Positions 37,701 to 50,407 of a stretch of 64,000 bases of DNA are shown here, one piece after another (the stretch's first letter is position 1; every line of letters starts with the position of its first letter). Below the pieces are notes generated by a model that made no database searches, was not told the DNA's origin, and worked only from the letters and a program-made list of their open reading frames with translations. The translations under genes were made by a program, and so were the position numbers. Source of the stretch: Polymyxa betae A26-41 (lineage: Eukaryota > Protista > Endomyxa: Phytomyxea); contig RBZT01000404.1 in NCBI GenBank assembly GCA_003693705.1, positions 1 to 64,000 of the forward strand, written 5' to 3'.

Positions 37701-39258
37701 TGAAAGAGCTCGAATCAGAATTGACTCGGTATATTCTATTGGACTTTTGCCATTAACTGAAATTTCAAACGCGATCTGCTATTCCAATAGATGGTGTCAT
37801 TGACTTGTCTTAGATCGAGAAGAAACGAAGAGGAGCTACTGGCAAAGCTAAATTGTCAACCAGAGGTTGCTCCAGTAGCACCTGAGCCTCCACCGAGTGT
37901 GGTGAAACCATTGTTCGATGTTGTCTCCAGGGTAATGAATTTTAGTGTATTATAGGCGTAATTAAGATAAACATTCATTTTACAGGTTCTCTGCAGATAT
38001 TATCTGAACAAATTCAAAAAAGAATCCAAAATCAGGAGCGAACTGCAAGCGACTCTGGAGATGTGGGTCTGTCGCCATTGTTGATATCGAATTTTCAGAA
38101 TTTAAGCATCTCAGGACGGCGAATGCTGCAGAGCGAGCACGAAGATCATCAGAACAAGAGCTTAGTGCATTGCAAAGCGGCCTGACGCAGGAAATTGACG
38201 CGCTCCGTAATCAACTGGATTCCCAAGATTTAGCGAATCGACAGCTTCAAGGCCAAACAGAGAACCTTCTAAAAGAGCGAGCGGATTTAGAACGTCGGTT
38301 AACTGTTTCTTTTGATGCCGATCGTCGAAAATCCATGGAAGAAATCAAGGGTCTGCAATCGCAGCTTGCTCTGATAAAATCAGAGCCGAAACCTGTAATT
38401 CCAGGTTTTGTTAACTGCAAACCTCCACATTTATGTTTGGGTTTTGACATTGAAGATGAATTTAACTTACATAAATCGTCTCTAGGAGCCAGCTGTTGTG
38501 GATATCGAGCCGTTCAAAAGGATGCTATTAGAGTCGTTCCATGGAGATTATCTGCATTTAGAAGACAATCCATCTGTGTTACATATCATGTTCACTCAAG
38601 GTGATGAACGAGGTGATGTTCTTATGTATATATGCCACATAGCATTGTCTTAAATCACGTTTAGTCTTATTCTCCGATCGAATTGAAAAGCTGAATCATC
38701 GAAATTTCAAAGAAAAACGGATCTTAGTTATATCGTACAATGCTTTGTATCTCTTGATGCCCAAAGCATGGGAGCTTAAGCGTGTTGTGAAGATTGATGA
38801 TGTTGATAAGATAACGATGTCCAGGAGATCTGCAGATCATATTTGCATACATCACCGCAACGAAGAAGGTAAAAACATTTTGGTTCAGTAAAGCCTGAAG
38901 AAATACTAAACGAATCTTTTCTACAGATATGTTCTTCATCTCATCAAAAAGATATGAGGTAATGATGTTGTGTATTCAGATTTGGATTGCGTCGTTTGCA
39001 ATTTTTTAAGAACGAGTTCTTCTCATAAGACATTACAGATCATACATTTCCTGATGAATGCGTTTAAGCAAAAGACATCGACCGATCTGCCGTACCATTT
39101 TGCAGAAAGGTACCGCAACACGAACTGGGTTTGCTGTTTGCTCATGCATTTCCAGATTCTATGTAGAGGATCACGACATGCATTATCGATTAATTGAGGT
39201 TCCAGATACGACAACAGTGAAACTGGGTCGATCCGTATTACTGGGACCAACAAAATGA
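34719..39258 (+). CDS. Multi-exon coiled-coil protein with C-terminal myosin-I TH1 (PH-like) domain and no motor domain
   Basis: The spliced 3' part reads SFHGDYLHLEDNPSVLHIMFTQGDER|VLFSDRIEKLNHRNFKEKRILVISYNALYLL...LKRVVKIDDVDKITMS...ICIHH|DMFFISSKRYE, a TH1 signature. Coiled coils lie at 36850-38400. The 5' boundary is uncertain and may belong to a separate gene. Confidence 0.7.
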
Positions 39259-39307
39259 AAGAATAATCGTTCCTTAATGGTTACATACAATAGCTCGAAA
39301 TTGATAC

Positions 39308-40930
39308 TTAGCTGAGTAAGCCAGAGCACATAACATCTAATTTCCAGAGAAGCAGAAGCAAGAATAACTGGCCTAATATTCCTAATGTCATAACGAAACA
39401 CTGCAAACTCCATGACCACGTTCTAATAGTGCTTAAACTTTGACGAATGCGCCATCGATGGCACCACCTCTCTGAACAGGTTTGTTCGTCGCAAGGTACA
39501 GATAAGGGAATCTTTTCAGTTTTTTTTAAATCTGAGCAGCATTGGATTGATCTTGCAATAACATCCTTGATGATGGAATCGACATCAGCCGCGATCACGC
39601 ATCGATCGGCAATTGAATTAATAACATTGTGCACCTCAGACTTGTCCACAGCAAATGATTTGATATCTTTGATTTTTGAGCTGCAATACGAATTTACGTC
39701 GTAGTCATGAATACGAAAACAGTCTTGAACCATCTTTTGAACGATCGCCTTACACATTGCGAACTTGTAGTTTGAGAGCGATAAAAAAACAATCTTGGAG
39801 ATAACAGAACGAACATCTTGTAAATGTCGTCTGTTGACATCTCTGATAGACTTCGTGACAATCATGTCCATACTGACAGCAACAATGTCATCGCGGCTCT
39901 TCTTCCTAAAAATCTCGTGTATCAACTGATCGATAGTCGCTCGAGCAAACGCCCAATCCGCTTGGCGAACATTTTCTACGGCTGCCAACGTGATGCCCTG
40001 AACGATACTGGTAGCACACACAATATGTTCATCGCGAGATTGATGGATAACATGCTCGATGACATTATCAATAACTGAACGAACATCTCGCTCGTGTTTG
40101 ATACGAACTGCAGAATGGATGGTATCGATGATGACGGATTTGAATAAATTATGATTTTGTGAGCGCTCAATAGCAGAATCAACCAATGTCTCGATCTGGG
40201 CTTTTACGAAGGAATCACGCTTTGAGAAGGCATAAACGACAGCATTCGATAATACATTGGACAGTTCAGGATCGACAGCATTCGATTTCTGAGAATCAAC
40301 GACATCGAAACAACTTGTTAAAATATTATCGATGATAGAGCGAACATAGTCAGCATTATGACGATGTAAAGCACAAGCTGCTGCTTTGGCAAATGCAGAA
40401 TCGATCGTTCTTGTTTTGGCATTATCAACCATCTGCCGCTGATGAATAGCGAAATCAGTAATGACAACCTGGGCATTCTCTGGGTCTCGAATCTTAGGCC
40501 AGCGAAAATGATTCTCGGAATTTGAAACCTCGGAATGGACGGCGACAGATCCACCAGAATTGTCTGAAACGACTTGGTGATCCTTGCCGACAACAGCAAC
40601 CGCATCGTCGTCAAATATCTCGATGTGGGATGCTTCCGAGATCGGTGCAGGATTCTGCAATGGTAGAGAAAAGGAGACATGACGACCTGAAAGCATAGAG
40701 CCTCTGGTACCATTAACAGAAGGGGACCGAAACACATTCCGAACTGAAGATTGAGCTAATGGTTTTAGTTGAGAAGGAGATTGATGTACTTTGATAGCTT
40801 TCTCCATAGTGAATAAGTTGAGATTCATGAAGAGCACAGAAAGGAGATATACAATAGACGATCCACGATAGTCGCAATTTGACCGGATCCTGCCTGAATC
40901 ACACTCGGGATATCGAACAAGATTAATCAC
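39308..40930 (-). CDS. Intronless helical-repeat protein with a C-terminal transmembrane anchor (likely start at 40828 or 40807)
   Basis: 540-aa ORF with about ten amphipathic repeats of the type VRSIIDNILTS, and the terminal hydrophobic segment CFVMTLGILGQLFLLLLLW. Confidence 0.75.
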   Translation of the reverse strand: MINLVRYPECDSGRIRSNCDYRGSSIVYLLSVLFMNLNLFTMEKAIKVHQSPSQLKPLAQSSVRNVFRSPSVNGTRGSMLSGRHVSFSLPLQNPAPISEASHIEIFDDDAVAVVGKDHQVVSDNSGGSVAVHSEVSNSENHFRWPKIRDPENAQVVITDFAIHQRQMVDNAKTRTIDSAFAKAAACALHRHNADYVRSIIDNILTSCFDVVDSQKSNAVDPELSNVLSNAVVYAFSKRDSFVKAQIETLVDSAIERSQNHNLFKSVIIDTIHSAVRIKHERDVRSVIDNVIEHVIHQSRDEHIVCATSIVQGITLAAVENVRQADWAFARATIDQLIHEIFRKKSRDDIVAVSMDMIVTKSIRDVNRRHLQDVRSVISKIVFLSLSNYKFAMCKAIVQKMVQDCFRIHDYDVNSYCSSKIKDIKSFAVDKSEVHNVINSIADRCVIAADVDSIIKDVIARSIQCCSDLKKTEKIPLSVPCDEQTCSERWCHRWRIRQSLSTIRTWSWSLQCFVMTLGILGQLFLLLLLWKLDVMCSGLLS

Positions 40931-41121
40931 ATCTATCCAAGGTCAGGATTTTATTCTAGAAGGAGACTGGCGCCAGTTCATTGCTATTAGAGCCATCTTG
41001 CAATGAATTCCAATGCGATTGGTGCAGATTGTTTCTTGCCTGCATTGGTGAAGAAAACAGTCGGTCATTGTACTGAGTTTTCTTCTCCTCGATCGATCTC
41101 ATAATGTTGTCGTAATTATTC

Positions 41122-41906
41122 ATGTCAGCATCACGACCAACACGATATCAGCCATTATTCGGTTCAGCACACGATCCATCTTATTTCTTTGAAGTTAAAT
41201 ACGACGTTCTTCATCGGTTGGGCTGAGTAAATATGCTAATAGGACCAAGTTAAGCTTTTGTTAGATTTGAGGTCTACTATGGAATCTGTGTAGCAGTTAA
41301 CCTGGTACTATCGTCATGGGTTATTGTTAATTGGATGTATACGGATCCATCTATTAAAATCACGACCAATCCTACATGCGATACAGTTTTGAGTGACATT
41401 AACCGATTCGGGGTCATGTAATGATGTGAAAGATTCCTTCCCTAATGGCAGACTTATTAGACATACAGATGTATAGTAGCAGCATGTGCTAATGCATTGC
41501 TGGTTCTTATACTACCGGTCATGCTAAAAGCAAGACTGATATCAATACTGGTTATCAAACTTGTCGTCATTCAAGCTCTGCTTACTATAACCAGAGCAGT
41601 ATTCATTGGCATCGCCTTCGTCATCACAATCACAGAACATCTCAACACAGTCAAATGCGTTCGCGATTAGTGATATTCCCCAAAATCAAAGATTGAATTT
41701 TACTCTAGGGAATGAAAACGGGACTCTACGATAATTTTACCACCTTCACATCGTTCGCCTTCCTAGTCACTTTTTCAGAGCTAACCTTAGGCCACATGTT
41801 CTTATACGCGATCGGTCTGTTGGACGTGATCCAGGAGGCTGTTGGAATGTTCTTCCCCAGCCGTCCAATTGGCAGTGTAGACGACGAGATGAATAAACTG
41901 ATTTGA
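41122..41906 (+). CDS. Small multi-pass (about 4 TM) membrane protein
   Basis: Four exons splice in frame (MSASRPTR...|FEVYYGICVAVNLVLSSWVIV...|...CIVAACANALLVLILP...VKC|GMKTG...NKLI*), with several hydrophobic segments. Confidence 0.6.
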
Positions 41907-42142
41907 TTCAATGTGGTTTGGTGTTACATATTTAAACATTTGATTGAGTATAGCCTGAAATGGGGTCATGGGATCTGCCTTGATAAGACCCCAAGCTCTG
42001 TAACATAATAGACACTGCGTGTGAGTGTGTTGTGTTGTGTTGTGTCTAATAAGAGAAGGATAAAGGCCTCGCCTTTCTTGGTTGCTCTCTGTATCTCTCC
42101 CTATCATCTCTTAAGACATTCGTTGTCGTCGTCGTCCCCCTC

Positions 42143-43224
42143 ATGTCGTCCTGTCAGTATTGCACGAATCCCAGCCGTATTGGCCTGCTCATTTTGATTT
42201 TTAGATGACCGCGCGCTAACCACATTCAGTCCCGGTATGCCTTTCTGTATTCATGAAGGCATAGTTCATTCGATTTTGTCTAGATGGTCACCTGTTCCAA
42301 GTCGAATATGCGATGGAGGCTGTGCATAAAGGAGCTACTGCTGTATGCTGATAATGTCGAATTGCTGCTCAGTCTTACTGATTGCCCATAGATTGGAGTT
42401 CGAGGCAAAGACGCCATTGTTTTAGCAGTAGAAAAAAAATCGACTGCAAAACTCCAGGTTCTTTTGCTATAGTCAAAGGTATCGGCAATAAGATCAATAA
42501 TATTCTTTAGGATTCCAGGACCATTAAGAAGATTGCACGTCTTGACGATCACATCGTTCTGGCATTTGCTGGTTTGACAGCCGATGCGCGTGTTTTGATT
42601 AACAAGGCTCGGTTGGAATGTCAATCTTATCGTCTAAATGTCGAAGATGCTTGCACTGTTGAGTATATTGCTCAACATATTGCACGTATCCAGCAGGAAT
42701 ATACCCAGGTTTGCACTCGACATGAAACCTGTCTATTTCTTCATGTTGCATTTTGTGTTCCTTTCAGTTTCTAATTTGTTGAGTAGACGGGAGGATGCCG
42801 ACCTTTTGGTATATCAACCTTGATCATTGGTTTCGACAATGATGGCTCTCCCCGGTTATTTCAAACCGATCCTTCGGGAACGTACTCGGCCTGGCTTGCC
42901 AATGCTACCGGCCGAAACTCCAAAACAGTTCGTGAATTTTTGGAAACCCACTTCAAAGAAGATCAGTCTGCAGACGTAACTGAAAACAATTGTTCTTTGA
43001 CCGCAACTAATTTCAACCAGGAATCTGTCAAATTGGCTATTCGAGCTTTATTAGAGGTTGTGGAATCAGGTAGCAAGAATATCGAAATTGCTGTTCTGCG
43101 TCATGGTATGCCTCTCGAATATATGTCCGATGAAGCTGTAGAAAACCTTGTCGGCGTGATTGAGGCCGATAAAGCTGCAGAAGAAGCAGAGAAAAAGTCC
43201 AAGAAGACTGAGGCTCAGAAGTGA
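42143..43224 (+). CDS. PSMA7: 20S proteasome subunit alpha-4 (PSMA7/PRE6)
   Basis: [10 protein letters not shown]|[14 protein letters not shown]; [13 protein letters not shown]; [24 protein letters not shown]; [14 protein letters not shown]; [12 protein letters not shown]; [17 protein letters not shown]. Confidence 0.96.
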
Positions 43225-43265
43225 TTCTTCTCCCATAATGGTTAGATAATGAACAGAAGTTCAAT

Positions 43266-45480
43266 TCATCGATTGTTTCCGAAGTTTCGGTCCGTTAGGC
43301 GCTTTAAGAATGTAGCAATAATGAAGACGACGATCGATACAATCCATATTGCAAGGGCGCATATTCGATGGTATGCAGCCTTTTTGGTGACAACATCTTG
43401 GGTGAAAGGTTTATCTGTATCGTACCCTTCTGTTAACTGGATCCAGAACCATTTCCACAAGCCTGCTGTCACTAATCTTGTAACCAAATGCATCAAACCG
43501 CAAACTAATATCTGTGAAACCAGCATCAGCCTGGTTTTGACTCTCTCTAAGCCACCTACCTGAAGTATCAGATTGTTCCGAAATTCGCCAAGAAGCTTGG
43601 TCAGTTGCTGCTGAACGAAGATTATAGTTTCATGACCATCACATTCATTAGACGAACAAAGCGAATTTATCAATCGCCCATCAACCGTATCTGACGCTTG
43701 CCTGTGCCGTAATACATTAATCAGAGTTCAGTTTCTGGTCAGAAGTATATACCATTGGATTTCTGGTTGAATATCTTCAATTCCAAGTTCTCTCTTAATC
43801 TGGTTGGCATTGTATAAGAATCTGTTGAGAAGATCAAGGAAGTTCTTCAATCTCTGATTATGTTCATTGCCCAAGAACGGGAACACAGCTGGCATCCAAG
43901 CTAATTCTATATTACAGGCCCATTATCTACAAACCTTCTTCTTCCAAACCAACAACGATACGTACGTATTGTGACCGTTTGACGACAATGAGTTGACAAC
44001 TGCTTCCGGATAAACTCGCTGTGGTTGATACTGGCCCATTGGGCAACAAAATCGGCCAGCGCTTGGACAAGACATCCGCCAATAACGAGAACGTGTAGGT
44101 ACCTCAGAATATTATAGGCCAAGATTCGAATTTTCGTTTGAGCTGAGGTGATGTTTCGTTTCCTAATACGAAAAACCTACTGGATGAATTAGACCGGATG
44201 AATGCTTGCCGAGCAAATTCTTGGTCACTGACGTGTTGTGCACATCGAATATATGAAGCGATGCGTAAAGCAATATCAATGTTGGAGAGCAGCAGGATCA
44301 GACCCAGAGCAGATTTCAATAGGGCTTGGTAGTAATCCTGGCAATCTGATGGTTGCAATGATTCTTTCAGAGATAACATTGATAGTAGAGATGATAGCGA
44401 TGCTGGTGTTCTGTCGTTCAACTTGTCAGGCAACTGACCTAATTCTAAAAGATTCTATCAAGTATCAGAAGGGATTAGAACTCGGTACATTGCAGCACTG
44501 ACCTGGATTTCTTCCATTGATGGAACAGGGATTTTTGGCAGAGATATCTTGGGCCTATTACTGAGCTCAATTCCTGTCAGCAATCAGATTGTCCCTATCG
44601 TTGAACCAATCTGCTGATGCCCACCTGATGCTAATGCTGCAATCTCTGGGACATCACTCAGTTTCTCTGTGATCTTCTCCACTATGAAATCTGGCCACAA
44701 TTCCATATCGACCAGCTGGAACCCTTCCCAGATCACATATTTCAGTTGATCATCCAACTTGAGTAAAGTCTCAACATCCATGTTTTCAGCATTATCATCA
44801 ATATTCAGTAAAGCTGCGGTTGTGTCGATCACTAATTGTTCGCTTTCCAAAATCTTGGTTTCGAAATCACCTTAGAGGGGGAGTTAGCGTCAAAAGGCAA
44901 GTTTAGAAACAGAGATACTGGAAGCTTTGTCAAGAGATTGGAAATATTGCTGGCAACGGTTGCTAATAGTCTGATTCAAGAATGAGGAATATCGATTGAA
45001 GGTATCTGGAACCGAAACAGATGTCGGAAATGATGTAGAAGGCACCAATCCAATCCATGATAGAAATCTCAGCTGTACACAGCAATTAGGAAGGCTTCGA
45101 TCAGTGTTGAAATAGTTGATCATACGCTAGTCACTGCATGCAGGATGAAAATGATCACTAAACAGGTAGCCTGAGTCTGAAGACGAACACCCGTTGGGAC
45201 GTCAATCGCTGCTGTTAACCCTGGTTTCTTCCAGTCATCGTGGTCGTCGCCTTGCACAGATTCATGAGTCTAGGTTCATGTCATTGACGATGGTGTTGCA
45301 GACTCTTCAATACGGACATCATCGATTGAATTGAAGATATCAATGTCAAAATCATTGCCATCATCAACGGATCCTTGATCTGGCCATTCTAATGAAACTG
45401 CATCGTAGCCGTCTGTTGATTGTTCAACACTATCACGTCGCTGACGTTCATTAAGACTCAATGATCTTGGTCTCATTCGA
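43266..45480 (-). CDS. Hypothetical multi-exon protein with C-terminal transmembrane segments
   Basis: ORF chain with an acidic N-terminus, a helical middle and terminal hydrophobic helices (ICALAIWIVSIVVFIIATFL). No family recognised. Confidence 0.55.
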
Positions 45481-45626
45481 TATGAGATTTTGATTCGAAC
45501 ACTGAAAACTGACACACTGACAACCGTTTCTGATTCTGATTCAGACTTCCGATCTATCAAACCCATCAATGTGAAACAATATTTAAAGTACCCTGGGTTT
45601 TTGGGTATTATATATTGTATAATAAA

Positions 45627-47437
45627 CTAATCTAAATTCAGCAAGTCACCCTGTACTGCAAAGGTAGCAGTCTGAGCCTGCCTTGGGCGTCGATTGTTGA
45701 CGCGAGTTGGGCGTTCCAAATTAGCATGCGCTAAACCGGTCTCTAAGAGAGGTTCTACAGCCGTTGAAACCGAGCTTGATAATACAGGAGACTTCTTCGA
45801 ACAATCTGACTCAGGGATTGGACTACCTGGGGCTAAAGGCGTCTTCGTGGCATCACACTATTTCGTGAATTAAATTCTGGAAAACCGACCGTTCTGAGGC
45901 AGTACCTTGTCGTCGGAGGCAAATCCTTTTGACTTTTTCAGAGCCAGAGCTTTAGGCTGCTGCGGTCCCATAAACATTGCCGGATTTAGGTTGAGCTGAG
46001 TTTGTAAATCAGCAATTTTACTACTGGTTTTAGTACTTGATGCCCCAGCTAGTGTTTTCTGCTAGCGGTTTTTCAATTAATGGAAGCGTCTGTTAAAGGG
46101 CAATACTGACCTTATCGTTTTTGTTCTCTTCAACCACTTCCAAAGGAGATTTCACTTTTTCGTTCTCATTACTTATAATCTTCTTTTCAGTGATCGACGA
46201 TGGCTCCTAATTTGATACGTGATTAGGACATTTCAATAATGATCAGGATCCTGACCTCTTCCGTCTGAGATAAACTGGATAGAATCTCGGATACATTCGT
46301 TTTATGTCCAGGTCGAGTACGAACGATAAATCCAGAACTATCCAGTTGGGAGATATCGATGCGGTTTAAGCGCAGCGTCTGGATAAATAATATGACATTC
46401 TCCATAGCCTCAGAAGATATTTGCCCCATATCTTCACGAATCACATGGGGTAAGTCATTCTGACAATAATAAGAACAATGAGAGTTCATCAATTATTTGC
46501 TTCTACCATTATCTCTTGGTATTGATCGCGAATTGATTTCATATTTTCAGGGGGTACTGGCCCAGGTAATGGTCGATTATTGATCTTCGCTGAGAATTCC
46601 TCATATTCAATTTCTGCTGTCACCTGGAAACCACAACGTTAGATTTAGCGAAATATCCAACAAAGTGGAGGACCGCTTGCAACGCTTCTATCAGTGCATC
46701 GGATTGGAAGAAGTGCATAGCACAGCGATCTGAGGGTCAAGTTAGATCGGCAACCAATATATTACGTTTGTAGGACGTACAGAACTCCCTGGACGCACGA
46801 AGGAAATGGCTCTCAACGGCTCTGTCGGCATAATTTTGAGCAATATTCGCTGCTGTCATAAACTCGAAATAGAGGCATAGATTCCACTTGAACTCAGAGC
46901 CCATGTTCCGAAGGTCTGATCGAATGCAATTCAGAAGCCACGAGCACGAAATGAACTCGTCAAGGGCCAATCCGATTGCCTATTCAAACTTGAGTGGAGA
47001 AGAGAGAAGCTTATTGATCAGGGAAACTACAGTTTCGTCTGGAATCGATCCAGCAACTCTCTGACGGCCCATTTTGAGATCTTTCTCTAGCAATCTTATC
47101 CTCCTTTTACAATCGGCATAATCTGTGTCCTATAATCTTTTAGCAATTCGAAAGATATTGTTGGACTGTATGTTACAGCGATGTTGACATTAGTAACACG
47201 TTCATGTATACAGATCGAAGTTTGGACCAAAGCAGCTGCCTACACGCAGGCTCAGATATAACGACAACTATGTGCATCAGGGCCGACCTCATATAACATA
47301 TCCATTCGCTCTGATATTTTGGCATCGTCGCTAAGACGCTTAGCGATTGTACGTTGAAACTTACACAGCAATGGCCAGTACGATTTCGATTTCAGTTTTC
47401 TAAGTTTCTGTCGAGTCTTTTCATCTAGGAATGGCAT
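45627..47437 (-). CDS. Multi-exon protein with C-terminal CapZIP/FAM21-like capping-protein-interaction (CPI) motif
   Basis: The last exons (absent from the ORF track) read SKIADLQTQLNLNPAMFMGP and LAHANLERPTRVNNRRPRQ...DLLNLD*. The N-terminal helical region is unrecognised. Confidence 0.65.
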
Positions 47438-47763
47438 TTCCTAAGCTGATCTCGTTATTCCTGAGCTCATCTGCAAAGAAGCGGGAAATACCAGGAGCAA
47501 AGCCCATTCGGCCTTTAACTCGTCTTTCTTCAAAATGCATGATGGCGTTAGAAGCTTATCATTCTTGCTTAACTCTGTAAACAAGTTGTCCGATGCACTG
47601 CTGGGACCATTACCCATACTGGGTTCGAATTGCTTCGCTAGCGTTCTCGAATAATTCGGCAAATGGTTTGATCTCGGCGAGTACAGACATATGGTCACAA
47701 AAACATCAAGGCGTTTCAAAAAAATTAAAGACGAGCACGGTCGAAAATATCTGCAGATTCGAA

Positions 47764-50310
47764 ATGTCGAAGCTGCCGGTTCTGCTAGCCGATTTAACCG
47801 ACTTGATCACAGTCGCCTGCCATCGACAAGAGAGGACTGATAAAGGCGATCCTCCTCCTTTAAATGGTGATGATGCCCTTGTTGATAAAATGGCAATAAT
47901 GTTACTAACACAGTTACGTCAGATCATGTTACAGCAGTACATGAGGAGGAGAAGGAACCTCCTAACCTCTTCCAGTCATTTCGAATTGATGAGCCCTTAA
48001 GGATACTATCAGAGACAAAACCGCTCATAGAACGAGATCTAGATGGAATCAGTGACGAAATGGATCTGTCCGATTTTCAGGATGAGAGCTCGATGAGGCA
48101 TTGGCTACGCGAGTACCAGAAGAAGAAGTAAAATACGATAGTGTTGCGACTGCAAACGGCATTCGAATGATTTGGAAACAGGGTTTACGTTCGGCCGCTT
48201 GTAGTTTACCCAAGCGCTGTTTTCCGTGCTCTTCATGAGATCTATAACAGAGACGATGAGAAAGTTGTGTTCGACTTCATACGATTCCGAGCTGCTAATC
48301 TAACAGTAATATAACAGCCATTGACTTGGTGAAATGTATGAAACGATGCATCAGATCAATATGGGTCCCAGTGTTTGGGTTCAGCGACAGATGGATATTG
48401 CTTTGTGGACAAAAAACGCACATATGCTATACCGGGTGGTTGTCCCGAGCCAAAGCATAGAAGTACAACGCGATATTCGAGTTATACATGCCCTAATGCA
48501 ACAGCAAGGGTATTTATTTACGTTTGTATTTCCTGCTTTTCAACGTTAACGTCTGAAAAGTTTCACCTTGACAAGCGATGATGGTTGGCATTGTTTGTGG
48601 TGTGCAGAAGGGGTCCGGTTGCGGTTGAAACAATACAGGTAGTGATGTTTTGCATGCTGGAAGCCCTCGTTTTGATTGTCAGCGCAGAGCAATGGTCGAT
48701 GGTCAGAAGGTTAATCGATTTCCTGGAAGCTATTTAGTTACCTCGCCAACATTTTGGGCAAATTTCTCCATGGACCTGAAGAAGTTGCATGAGCTGAAGT
48801 AAGTTATACATGCAAACACTTCAGTATATACTGAACTTGAACAATGATGAAGCATCCCGGCTATGTTTCGTTTACCGGATCAAATGAAGCAGTTACAAGA
48901 ATTTCGTGAGAAGAACCCGAAGCACTGGATAATGATCGAAAAATTCGTGTCCCAATCTAGTCCCAGGGTGCGGAATTGTTGAAGTTTAAACTGTTTTATA
49001 TTAACTCGTTGCTCGGATAGGCACCTCAAAGAATACTTGTACAACCTGCTGCAAATCTTTCAAAGAAAGAAATTGGCCTTGCTGTAGCAACGCATTTTAT
49101 TGATAAGCCCAAATTGATAATGAAGCGACAGGTCCTTCATTCAACAAGCTTGGATTCTGTGGCTCGAGAACCGATTTTGTTATTAGGCTGAAATTATCAT
49201 GCACGCGTCGGTGACATGTTTCGACCCGCTTCGTTGCTATATATATGATGAAGGAATTGTATATTTACGCGAACCAAAAAATTGGCCGCAAACTGAACTT
49301 CATTACGGGTTTGCACGTACTTCACGCGCTCCTAAAAAGGTAGTCAAGACAGCCTTTGCGTTCAATGCAAAATCAAACAAAACCAGGTCTGGGGTATCGA
49401 CGATGACGACGATGTCGTACCAGTTGAAGACCATACTGGAAAGATCCACCGATCGTGGACTTGGTTGAAGTCGCTATTGCGATCAAAAGGACATAACGCT
49501 GAGGCATTGGAGAAAGAGATGCGAATCCAAATTTTAAAAATCATCATCAGGTTAAAAATGATACCTCGACCTATGATGTTCGATATTCTCATTTCTTAGC
49601 ATGCAACCTCATGTCATCAAATTGATGAGGTGCAACGTACATCGGCGCGATAACTGCTATGAGATATTTCAGTTTAAATACTTGCTCGATAGAGACTTGA
49701 AGTATAACGATTATTCTCAGAATATGCCAGACGATTTGCTTACTTTCACACATAGGCCCTGGTTAACTTCTATCAGAACTCCAGCTCTAAAGTGTATTTC
49801 GCCAATAGAGCTCGATGTTATCTCAGGGGCGGTTGCAGATACATTGAATATGGTTCACATCAGGCCACGATGGCCGATCACTATTCCAAGGTAAACTACA
49901 CTATCAGATTCTTGGTGCTTTTATAGAACAGTGTTTCAATTTTTGCAGGAAGAAGCCAAGACGGGCACGTCCGAAAGGTTTGGAGCCTTTTCAACGTAAA
50001 CGAATCCCATATCCACTTGAACATCACGTGGAAATGTCAACGCCAAGTGACCTTTTTCTCGTGAATTGTTCAAGCATCGACCCTTTACAGCTCGAGTTGG
50101 GCAACGCGATGTATAATGAATGTAATATTCAGACATGTATGCAGTAAAAATATAGGTAACAGTTTCCCAACAGGTATTTCGGAAGAAGAGCGAAAAGGTC
50201 GCTTCGTGAGATTATATCCGAGCTCAGATTACACGGACTCAAACGAAATCTTTGTCAACTCGGACGACTTGCAACAGGCAATAACCAAACGACTGAACAA
50301 ACTGAAATAA
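47764..50310 (+). CDS. Tubulin-tyrosine-ligase-like (TTLL) family protein, catalytically degenerate
   Basis: QKVNRFPGS; FIDKPKLI; VTCFDPLRCYIYDEGIV; NCYEIFQFKYLLDRDLK|PWL, all TTL-domain landmarks. Many short introns. Confidence 0.8.
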
Positions 50311-50407
50311 GCATATGCACTTCTCAAGACAAAATATGAAAATTGTTTATTCTTGAGCTGCGTATCGCCTATTATTTTGCCGCAAAAGGATTATAAGAAA
50401 AGCATCT

